From Anaeromyxobacteraceae bacterium (lineage in GTDB: Bacteria > Myxococcota > Myxococcia > Myxococcales > Anaeromyxobacteraceae), in the NCBI GenBank assembly GCA_047602405.1, contig JASGHJ010000002.1, positions 1,888,001 to 1,952,000 of the forward strand: 64,000 bases of DNA, read 5' to 3'. How positions within the stretch are numbered: position 1 is the first letter of the stretch; every line of letters starts with the position of its first letter. The notes beneath the pieces were generated by a model. The model was not told where the DNA came from and ran no database searches. It worked only from the letters and a program-made list of their open reading frames with translations. Shown here piece by piece: positions 1 through 8,536 of the stretch. A program made the position numbers and the translations under genes.

Positions 1-409
1 CCTGCCCGCGCTCCTCGTCCTCGCCGCCTGCGGGAAGCCGGACGTCGGCCCGCACACCGGCGGGGGCGGCGGCGCGACCGCCGCGACCTACGCGAGCATC
101 ACCACCGGCCTCATGGTCCCGCGCTGCGCCACCGGCGCCTGCCACGGCGGCTCGAGCCCGGTCGCCTTCCCGCCCTGCGACGCCAATCGCTGGTACGCCG
201 CGATGGTCGACGTGGAGTCGCAGCAGGCCCCCGGCGTGAAGCTCATCGCCCCGGGCGACCCCGACTCGAGCTACCTCGTCCACAAGCTCCGCGGAACGCA
301 CGCCCTGGTGGGCGGCGGCGGAGCACGCATGCCCATCGCGGACGCCGCGCTCGACGACGCCGAGCAGGCCGCGGTGGAAGCCTGGATCGCCAACGGAGCC
401 ACCCGATGA
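1..409 (+). CDS. Putative lipoprotein c-type cytochrome (5' end outside window), atypical CX4CH motif
   Basis: Frame open from base 2: LPALLVLAAC (lipobox-like) ... CATGACH ... YLVHKL ... RMP ... WIANGA. Its stop overlaps the next ATG (ATGA). Confidence 0.7.
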   Translation, partial: LPALLVLAACGKPDVGPHTGGGGGATAATYASITTGLMVPRCATGACHGGSSPVAFPPCDANRWYAAMVDVESQQAPGVKLIAPGDPDSSYLVHKLRGTHALVGGGGARMPIADAALDDAEQAAVEAWIANGATR

Positions 410-1545
410 GCCACCTGCGCACGCACCCCTGGGCCCGTACCCTCCCCCTCGCCGCCGCGCTCGCGGCGCTCCTCGCCGCCGGCGCCGCCCGCGCCGGGTC
501 CTCCACCACCGTCTCCGGCTCGGTCTACGTGGACGAGTGGTGGATGAACCGCCCGGACGTCCAGAAGCGCTCGCCGGGCGGCGTGACCATCGACGGCGCG
601 GTGAAGATCGGCGTCGACATCTCCGACGACGTCGCGTTCTCCACGAAGGCGTGCATGAGCTGCCACGGCATCGAGCTCGAGCACTTCCAGATGGAGTACA
701 TGCCGAAGACCTGGTTCAACGTGCAGGCGGGCCGCCTCGCCATCCCGTTCGGCGAGTTCGCGAACCGGGTGGACCAGTCCGGGCACAAGACGGTCTCGGC
801 CCCGCTCATCTACGACATGGGCCGGATGGCGTACGGCGAGAAGGGCGCGATGAACCTCGGCGTCCTCCCCCTGCCGTACACCGACACCGGCGTGATGGTG
901 TACGGGCAGCGCTTCCTCGGGCCGATCCAGGCCTGGTACGGCGTCTACGGCGTGGCGGGCCTCCGCGGCGGCAACGACGCGGACTGGACCGCGATGCGCG
1001 CGCTCTACTACACCGATCCGAACCGCGTCCCCTCGGTGGGCGGCCGCCTCGCGCTCACGCTGGCCGCGCAGCCGGGCCGGTTCCTCGGCGACACCTCGGT
1101 CGGCGGGTCCTGGACGCGGGGCCGCTACGACCGCGACGCGGTCCTCGGCTACGAGATCTGGGGCATCGACGCCTCCATGCAGCTCGGCAAGCTCGTCGTG
1201 CGCGGCGAGTACGCGCACCGCCGCACCGACCTCTCCACCAAGGCGAGCTACCCCTACACGCTCGTGGATCCCTGGTTCACGAAGGAAGGGTTCTACGTGG
1301 AGGCCGAGGCGCCGCTGGGCGGCAGCCTCGGCGTCGTCTACCGCTACGACGAGCTGGGCCGCCACGGCGTCCCGCTGCCCGGCTCGACCGGGCTGTCGAC
1401 CAACTCTCACATCCTCCGGCACACCGCCGGAATTCTGTACACCCCGGCGCCGTCCACCTTCCTGAAGCTCGGGTGGGAGTACTGGATGGCGTCCGATTAC
1501 ACCGACTTCCACTCGGTCCACCTCGGAGTCGGAGGAGCGTTCTGA
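406..1545 (+). CDS. Putative outer-membrane beta-barrel/porin protein containing a CXXCH motif
   Basis: Signal peptide (LAAALAALLAAGAARA), aromatic/Gly-rich amphipathic strands, porin-like NVQAGR..PFG segment, C-terminal Phe (GVGGAF), internal CMSCH. Confidence 0.7.
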   Translation: MSHLRTHPWARTLPLAAALAALLAAGAARAGSSTTVSGSVYVDEWWMNRPDVQKRSPGGVTIDGAVKIGVDISDDVAFSTKACMSCHGIELEHFQMEYMPKTWFNVQAGRLAIPFGEFANRVDQSGHKTVSAPLIYDMGRMAYGEKGAMNLGVLPLPYTDTGVMVYGQRFLGPIQAWYGVYGVAGLRGGNDADWTAMRALYYTDPNRVPSVGGRLALTLAAQPGRFLGDTSVGGSWTRGRYDRDAVLGYEIWGIDASMQLGKLVVRGEYAHRRTDLSTKASYPYTLVDPWFTKEGFYVEAEAPLGGSLGVVYRYDELGRHGVPLPGSTGLSTNSHILRHTAGILYTPAPSTFLKLGWEYWMASDYTDFHSVHLGVGGAF

Positions 1546-1872
1546 TGTCCACCCTCACGTTCGTCGCCGTCGCAGCCCTGAAGCTCACCCTCGCCCAGAT
1601 CCGCCGCCGGCACCGACGCCCGCGACAACGGGCCCGGCACCATCGACGTCGCGAGCTGGCCCGCGGAGCAGAAGGCCCGCTACCCGCTCTTCCAGCAGAA
1701 GTGCGCGAAGTGCCACGCCCTCGCACGCTCCGTGAACTCGAAGTTCTCGGCCGCCGAGTGGAAGCGCTACATGAAGCGGATGGTCCGCCGCCCGAACGCG
1801 GGCGTCACCGACGAGCAGGCCGAGGACATCTTCGAGTTCCTCAAGTACTACGCCTCGAAGCAGGGGCTCTAG
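1545..1872 (+). CDS. Small monoheme cytochrome c, copy 1 (apparent +1 frameshift at ~1600)
   Basis: ATG 1545 gives signal-like MSTLTFVAVAALKLTLAQ. After removing one base at GATCC (1598-1602) it reads ...FQQKCAKCHAL...EWKRYMKRMVRRP...KQGL-TAG 1872. Confidence 0.75.
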
Positions 1873-1894
1873 CCGCAGGACCGGGAGCTTCACC

Positions 1895-2219
1895 ATGACC
1901 ACCCTCGCCCTCGTGGCCGCCGCCGCGCTGCAGCTTCTCCTCCGGCCAGGACGCCGGCTCGGATGCCCGCGACGCCGGCCCCGACAAGATCGACGTCTCG
2001 GGCTACCCCGCCGAGCAGAAGGCCAACTACGAGCTCTTCCGCCAGAAGTGCTCGAAGTGCCACAGCGCGGCGCGGGCGGTGAACTCCAGGTTCTCCGCGG
2101 TCGAGTGGAAGCGCTACATCAAGCGGATGGTGCGGCGCCCCAACGCGGGCGTCACCGAGGAGCAGTCGGACGCCATCTTCGAGTTCCTGAAGTTCTACAG
2201 CACGAAGCTCGGCCTGTAG
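1895..2219 (+). CDS. Small monoheme cytochrome c, copy 2, tandem paralog (apparent +1 frameshift at ~1942)
   Basis: MTTLALVAAAALQLLL, then shifted frame GQDAGSDARD...FRQKCSKCHSA...EWKRYIKRMVRRPNAG...KLGL-TAG 2219. Aligns along its length with copy 1. Confidence 0.75.
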
Positions 2220-2244
2220 CTCGAGGCCGGGCCGAGGGACCACC

Positions 2245-4691
2245 ATGCCCCGCCCGACGACGCTCGCCACCACCCTCGCCGCCCTCGCCGCCGCCGCGCT
2301 CGCCTGCTCGAAGCCGGGGGTCGGCGCGAAGGTGGAGAAGGTCGTGCCCGACACGACCGTGAAGACCCACGCGGTCGCGCTCACCGGCGCGACCGTGGAC
2401 GCCGCGAGCCGGAAGGTCGTGGTGGACTTCACGCTGACGTACGGCGGCACGCCGGTGGCCCTCGCGGACCTCGCGACGCTGAAGCCGACGTTCACGCTCG
2501 CCGAGCTCACGGTGGATCCGGAGAGCGGGCTCCCCTCCTGGAAGAGCGCGCTCCTCACCGGCTCCCAGACCGCCACGTCGAACCCGATCGGCGGTCCCGG
2601 GACCCGCGACGAGAACGTCCTCAAGGGCCTGAAGCAGCCCGGCTCGGAGGCGACCGGCACCGCCGAGGCGCTCGCCGCGGGGGGCTTCCGCTACACCTTC
2701 GCGAACGCCCTCGCCGACGGCTACGACGCGACCCACACCTGGCGCGTCGGCGTCTGGCTGAACGGCGTCTCCGCGGGCACCCACGCGACCTGCACCACGC
2801 TCGACTTCGTCCCGGCCGGCGGCGCGGCCGCGCCCCGTGACCTCGTCGCCGACGCCGACTGCCAGCGGTGCCACACCCAGGTGCTCGCCCACGGGCGGCG
2901 CGTCGGCGTGCAGCTCTGCACGACCTGCCACACGTGGCAGGCGGTCGACCCCGACACCGTCGATCCGGCGGCGCCGCTCGCCGCGACCCCCGCCACGAAC
3001 CCCAACCCCCTCGACTTCGGCCGCCTGGTCCACCGCATCCACCGCGGGAAGAACCTGCCGACCCTCTACACCGCCTCGAGCGCCGCCCCCGCCCCGGCCC
3101 TCGGCTCGGCCGCCATCGCCGCCCCCTTCGCGCCGGGCCGGAACGCCGCGGTCCCCGGCCGGAAGTTCTCGATCGTCGGCTACAACAGCACGGTCATGAC
3201 GTTCGGGCAAATCCTCGAGTGGACCTCGCCCGACGGGACGACGGTGTCGAAGCGGGCCGTCGCCGGGGGCGTGGGGTTCCCGCGCGACTACCGCGACTGC
3301 GACGCCTGCCACGCGAAGGCCGCGCAGGGCGCCCGGATCCACACCGAGGTCTCGCGCCGCACCTGCGCGGGCTGCCACCCGGACGTGTGGTTCGCGACGG
3401 CGACCCCGCCCGACACCGCGCACCTCGCCCACCCGGGCGGCGTGCAGGCCGACGACACCGCCTGCGCCGGCTGCCACGTGGCCCCCGGCTCGCCGAAGCT
3501 CTACGTCGACTCGAGGGACGTGCACACGCCGGTGGCGGACCACGAGCGGTTCAGCGCGATCACGGCCTCGATCGTGTCGGTCTCCGGGCTCCTCCCCGGC
3601 GGCTTCCCGACGGTCGTGTTCACGCTCTCCGACCGCACCGGGCCCATCTCCCCATCAACGACGCGACGACCGCGCCGCCCGTCGACTCGGCCGCGAAGCC
3701 GAGCCCGGTCGCCCGCAAGGTCACCCGCCTCGCGTTCGTCCTCTCCGGCCCGACCTCGCCCGACCGCCTCACCTCGAACGTGCCCCTCTCCGAGCCGGTC
3801 ACCGACAAGCTCGTCGCCGACGAGCAGGGCCGCTTCACCTACACCTTCAAGACCGCGAAGCTCCCCGCCGCCGCCACCGGCGCCTGGACCGTGATGCTCG
3901 AGGCCCGCCGCCAGCTCGCGGCGCCCTCGAAGTTCTACGATCTCGCGACCGACACGCTCGTCTGGCCCTACACCGGCGAGGGCATCACCGAGTACGCGAA
4001 CAACGCGATGGTGGACGTCGCCGTGGACCTCGGCGACACCTCGAAGCCGGCGCTCGCGCGCCGCGCGGTGGTGGACGTCCAGAAGTGCAACGCCTGCCAC
4101 AAGACGCTGCTCCTCCACGGCGGCAACCGCTCGGGCGTCGAGAGCTGCCCGATGTGCCACACGCCGGACCAGACCGACTGGGCCCAGCGGCCCAAGCTCG
4201 CGAGCGGGAACGTGCTCCTCGCCGGGACCCTCGACGGCATCGAGGAGCGCTCGGTCCACTTCAAGACCATGGTCCACCGCATCCACACCGGCGGCCGCAA
4301 GGGCATCGCCCAGCTCGACGCGGAGCCGTTCGTCATCTACGGCTTCGGCAAGAACCCGCTCTTCTTCGACGAGGCCGTGTTCCCGAACGACCTCGCGAAC
4401 TGCCGCGTCTGCCACCTCGGCGAGTCCTTCCGCCTCGAGGCAATCCCGGTGGACGCCGCGCCGACGGTGGCGAACGAGACCGCCTCGCTCGTCCACAAGA
4501 ACACCGCGGCGCACGGGTCGGACGCGAAGGTCCGCCCGATGCAGGCCGCCTGCACCTCCTGCCACGACACCGGCACGGCGCACGACCACGCCAACCGGAA
4601 CACCGTGAACGGGGTGGAGGCCTGCGTCTCCTGCCACGGCGAGTCGGCGCAGTACTCGCTCTACGGGCTGCACGGGGTCGAGAGGCCGTAG
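2245..4691 (+). CDS. Decaheme c-type cytochrome lipoprotein, OmcA/MtrC family (apparent frameshift at ~3650, C homopolymer)
   Basis: Lipobox ALAC. Ten CXXCH motifs in two groups of five (CQRCH, CTTCH, CDACH, CAGCH, CAGCH / CNACH, CPMCH, CRVCH, CTSCH, CVSCH), each preceded by a heme-free domain. VHRIH motifs. Joins ORFs 2245..3894 and 2868..4691. Confidence 0.9.
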
Positions 4692-4790
4692 TTCACCCTG
4701 GGCGGCGGTCGGTTTCTTGACCACGATCCCCGACATGCGAAGCTCGGCGCGTCACGATATCGGCGGACATCGCCGCCCGGAGCGACGCCC

Positions 4791-4982
4791 ATGCTGCTCG
4801 AGCCCTCGCCGTTCTACGATCCCGAGTCCGACGCCCGCGACCTCGACGCGTTCCTGGCGGAGGTCGACCGGGCCCTCGACGAGCTCGTGCTCGCCCACCG
4901 CGAGGACGGCGCGCGCGCTGCGGCGCCGCGCGCCACCCGCAAGCGCCGCTCAGGCGGGCGGGCCAGCGTCGCGCTCCGCTGA
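4791..4982 (+). CDS. Small hypothetical protein
   Basis: 63-aa ORF with host-like codon usage and GGAG upstream. Overlaps the 3' end of the convergent gene. Confidence 0.45.
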   Translation: MLLEPSPFYDPESDARDLDAFLAEVDRALDELVLAHREDGARAAAPRATRKRRSGGRASVALR

Positions 4983-6020
4983 CACGTACTCCGCCTCCTC
5001 CGCCTCGAGCCCCTCGCCGACGGCCTCGCCGGCGGTCCAGAGCTTCGCGAGCTGGATGTGGCTCGAGAAGAGGAAGCCGAAGCCCAGCGCGGCCTGCACC
5101 GCGAGCTGCACCGCCCACAGGACGTTCGCGTAGGCCGTGCCGCGCGTCGCCACCGCCTCCGGCGTCGCGAACAGCCCGAGCCCGAGCACGATGGCGCCCT
5201 GGAACGTGCCGATCATGCCGGGGCCGGCGGGGATCATCACCCCGACCACCAGCACGCCGAGCAGCGTGACCGCCTCGGTCGGGCCGAGGTCGAAGCCGAA
5301 CCCGCGCGCGAGCAGGCTCATGCCCCAGGCGTTGAGGCCCCAGTAGAAGGCGGTCAGCGCGAAGAAGAGCCCGAGCTTCCGCTTCGAGGGCACGAGCCTC
5401 AGGCCGTGGATGAAGGCGTCCAGCATGCCCGCCGCGCGCTCGGCGAGCCCCGGCGAGAACGGGCGCAGCATCCCGGTGACGATCCGGATGGCCTGCTCGC
5501 GGTTCACGTACGCGCCCGTCAGGAACACGAGCAGCCCCGCGAAGGCGAGCGACACCACGACGCCGCCCGTGCGGAGCACGCGCAGCCCGGGCGTCCCGTC
5601 CGGCACCGCGAACAGCGACACGACGAGGAGGAGCCCGGTGAAGAGGCCGTCCACCACCCGCTCGACGACCACCGACGAGAGCGCGGCCGACACCCGCAGC
5701 CTCGGGCGCTCGGCGATGAGGTACGGGCGGGCGAACTCGCCGAGCCGGAACGGCAGGAGGACGAGCGCCATGATCCCGACCGCCGACACGGCGTTCAGGC
5801 GCGCGAACGGGACCTTCGCGACCGGCTCGAGCAGGATCCCCCACCGCAGGGTGCGGGTGAGGTGGATGACGAGGAGCGTGGCGACGTAGGGGGCGAGGTA
5901 GCCGTAGTCGGCCGCCCGGATCTCGCGGGCGATCTCGCCGACGTCCTTGCCCCTGAGGGTCAGCCACAGCGCGAGCGCCGAGACGGCGAGCCCCGCCAGG
6001 ACCTGCAGCGCGCGCTTCAC
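4950..6020 (-). CDS. Lysylphosphatidylglycerol synthase TM / flippase-like membrane protein (UPF0104)
   Basis: Multi-TM protein with RW..LL, LPFRLGEFAR, ERVVDG and PAGPG.IG motifs. GTG start overlaps the upstream stop. Confidence 0.85.
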   Translation of the reverse strand: MKRALQVLAGLAVSALALWLTLRGKDVGEIAREIRAADYGYLAPYVATLLVIHLTRTLRWGILLEPVAKVPFARLNAVSAVGIMALVLLPFRLGEFARPYLIAERPRLRVSAALSSVVVERVVDGLFTGLLLVVSLFAVPDGTPGLRVLRTGGVVVSLAFAGLLVFLTGAYVNREQAIRIVTGMLRPFSPGLAERAAGMLDAFIHGLRLVPSKRKLGLFFALTAFYWGLNAWGMSLLARGFGFDLGPTEAVTLLGVLVVGVMIPAGPGMIGTFQGAIVLGLGLFATPEAVATRGTAYANVLWAVQLAVQAALGFGFLFSSHIQLAKLWTAGEAVGEGLEAEEAEYVSAERDAGPPA

Positions 6021-6742
6021 GGCAGCTCCTCCCCGGCCAAGATGCGGCGCGGGTTCTCGGAGAGCAGCCGGGTACGCCCCTCCTTGCCGGCGCGCCGGGC
6101 GAGCAGCTCGAGCGCGTCGTCGAGCCACTCGTCCGCCCGGAACGGCACGTGGAGGTCGGTCGCCGCCACGGCGTAGAGCCCCTCGGAGAGGAACCGCTCC
6201 GCGAGCTTGCGCGGGCCGCGGCCGTAGAGCCCGGACAGGGCGCCGACGTTGAGCTGGAGGGCCGCTCCGAGGCGCACCACCTCCTCCGCGCTCCCGGGCC
6301 GCTCGAACTCGACGCAGCGCTCGGGGTGCGCGAAGAGCGGCATGACGCCCTTGCGCCGGAGCCGGAACACGAGGTCGGGCAGCGCCGGCACCGACGAGCC
6401 GAACGGCAGCTCCACGAGGGCCCAGCGCTGGGTCGGCCCGATGCCGCGGCGCTCCGGGCCGTCCACCCGCGCGAAGAAGTGCTCGTCGAGCTTGTTCTCG
6501 GAGTTCGGGTGCAGCTTGAGGCGGATGCCCTCGGCGTCGAAGGCGGCCTGGACCTCCGCCCGGCGCCGCTCGCAGAGCGCCCAGTCCAGGCTCGGGAAGT
6601 TCCCGGCCGCGTGCGGCGAGGTCGCGACCTCGTCGAAGCCCATCGCCACCAGCAGCCGGCCCGCCTCGAGCGAGGCGTCCGGCGTGGGGCACCCGTCGTC
6701 GATGCCCCAGAGCAGGTGGTTGTGCAGGTCGAGGTACCCCAT
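6017..6742 (-). CDS. PHP-family tyrosine phosphatase (CpsB/CapC/YwqE-like)
   Basis: DLHNHLLWGIDDG, ATSPH, AHPER and ATDLH motifs. Confidence 0.9.
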   Translation of the reverse strand: MGYLDLHNHLLWGIDDGCPTPDASLEAGRLLVAMGFDEVATSPHAAGNFPSLDWALCERRRAEVQAAFDAEGIRLKLHPNSENKLDEHFFARVDGPERRGIGPTQRWALVELPFGSSVPALPDLVFRLRRKGVMPLFAHPERCVEFERPGSAEEVVRLGAALQLNVGALSGLYGRGPRKLAERFLSEGLYAVAATDLHVPFRADEWLDDALELLARRAGKEGRTRLLSENPRRILAGEELP

Positions 6743-6828
6743 CGCGCGGACGCGGCATACCACGGCGGGAGGTCCGGACTCCACCAGTGCGGGGGCGGGT
6801 GCGCCGGGGCAGAGACCCCGTCCCGGCC

Positions 6829-7776
6829 TCAGACCACCCGGTGGCGCGGCGGCGCGCCCCGGGCGAACCGCTGGAGCTCGTCGAGGACGAGGCGGGCCAT
6901 CGCGGCGCGCGTCTCCCGCGTCCCCGAGCCCACGTGCGGCGTGAGGACCACGTTCTCGAGGGCGCGGAGCGACGCTGGGACGCCCGGCTCGGCGCGGAAG
7001 ACGTCGAGGCCGGCCCCGCCGAGGCGGCCGGCTGCGAGCGCCTCCGCGAGGGCGTCCTCGTCGACGACGGCGCCCCGGGCGGTGTTGACGAGGATGGCGC
7101 CGGGCTTCATGCGGGCGAGGCGCTCCCGCGAGAGGAGCCCCGCGGTCTCGGGCGTGAGCGGGACGTGGAGCGAGACGAAGTCCGAGGTCTCGAGGAGCGC
7201 GTCGAGGGTCACCCGCTCGGCGCCGTCCATCGGCCCCGCCGGCCGCTGCGGCCGCTCGTCGGCGTAGACCACCTCGAGGCCGAAGGCGCCCGCCCGGCGC
7301 GCCATCGCGCGCCCGATGCGCCCGAGGCCGATGAGGCCGAGGCGCTTGCCGCGGACGTCGGTGCCCAGGAACCAGCCCGGGTCGACCGCCGTCCACCCTC
7401 CCCGCCGCACGAGGCGGTCGCCCTCGGCGACCCGCCGGGCGACGGCGAGGAGGAGCGCGAACGCGTGGTCGGCGGTGGTGTCGGTGAGGACGTCGGGCGT
7501 GTTCGTCACCGTCACCCCGCGTGCCCTGCAGGCCTCGAGGTCGAGGTGGTCGGTGCCGACGCCGTAGGAGGCGACGAGCCGGACGGTCGGGAGGGCGTCG
7601 AGCAGCCCGGCGTCCACCCGGTCGACGAAGGTCGGGACGAGCACCGCGGCACCCCGCGCGGCGGCGGCCACCTCGGCGCGGGGCACCTCGGCGCCGACCC
7701 GGACCTCGAAGTCCGCGGCCAGCACGGTGAGATCCGCGCCGGGGAGCGCGCGGAACGCGTACAGGACCGGCCTCAG
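6829..7776 (-). CDS. D-2-hydroxyacid dehydrogenase (glyoxylate/hydroxypyruvate reductase type); start uncertain
   Basis: VTNTPDVLT, GLGRIG, SLHVPL, NTARG, GLDVF..EP and TPHVGS motifs. Confidence 0.9.
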   Translation of the reverse strand: MRPVLYAFRALPGADLTVLAADFEVRVGAEVPRAEVAAAARGAAVLVPTFVDRVDAGLLDALPTVRLVASYGVGTDHLDLEACRARGVTVTNTPDVLTDTTADHAFALLLAVARRVAEGDRLVRRGGWTAVDPGWFLGTDVRGKRLGLIGLGRIGRAMARRAGAFGLEVVYADERPQRPAGPMDGAERVTLDALLETSDFVSLHVPLTPETAGLLSRERLARMKPGAILVNTARGAVVDEDALAEALAAGRLGGAGLDVFRAEPGVPASLRALENVVLTPHVGSGTRETRAAMARLVLDELQRFARGAPPRHRVV

Positions 7777-7976
7777 GGTTCCCTCTCGTCGTCGCCCGGC
7801 CGCGCGTCGCCGGCCGCGCCATCGCCCGCCCGGGCGCCGGGGATGCGGTACTCGCCCCCGAGCCACTTGCCGAGATCGAGGAGGCGGCAGCGGTCGCCGC
7901 AGAACGGGAAGGCGCGGTTCTGGGCGCGCGGGAGGGCGGGCTTTCCGCAGATGGGGCAGGTGCGCGGCGTGGTCAC
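7773..7976 (-). CDS. yacG: DNA gyrase inhibitor YacG
   Basis: CPICGK...FPFCGDRCRLLDLGKW...YRIP signature. Confidence 0.92.
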   Translation of the reverse strand: MTTPRTCPICGKPALPRAQNRAFPFCGDRCRLLDLGKWLGGEYRIPGARAGDGAAGDARPGDDEREP

Positions 7977-7986
7977 GCGCGTGGTT

Positions 7987-8494
7987 CTAACCCGCCGGGC
8001 AGGTCGTGGGCAGGATCGGCTTCACCGCGTCCGCGAGAATCCTCGCGGGAGATGGCGCCGCCGAACACCTTCTGGACCCGCCCCTCGGGATCGATCACGA
8101 AGGTCTTCGGGTAGGCCTGCACGCCCCAGGCGTCGAGGGCGCTCGCCCGCTCGTCGACGAGGATCGGGTACGGGATGCGGGAGGCCATGGCCACGAGGTC
8201 CTCGTGGCCGGACTCCTCCGCCACGCCGAGCACCTCGAAGCAGCTGCCGCGGTGCTCCTGCCAGAACCGGGTGATCTCCGGGAGCTCCTGCCGGCACGGC
8301 GGGCACCAGGTGGCCCAGAAGTTCACCGCCACGACCTTGCCGCGGTACTGGGCGAGGTCGACCTGCTTGCCCGAGAGGTCCGGCAGCGCGAGCGGCGGCG
8401 CCGAGACCGCCTGCCGCTCGCTCTTCTGCGTGAAGAGCTGGAAGGTCACGACGGCGACGAGGGCGATGGCGGACAGGCCGATGACGCTCTTCAT
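7987..8494 (-). CDS. TlpA/ResA-family thiol-disulfide reductase (apparent frameshift at ~8039)
   Basis: N-terminal anchor, VNFWATWCPPC, YPKTFVIDPEG. Removing one base at 8037-8041 gives the C-terminus EDLADAVKPILPTTCPAG-stop 7987. Confidence 0.88.
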
Positions 8495-8536
8495 TTCGAA
8501 TCCCTTGGAGCCCCGGTAACCGGCCGAGGGTTCCCT

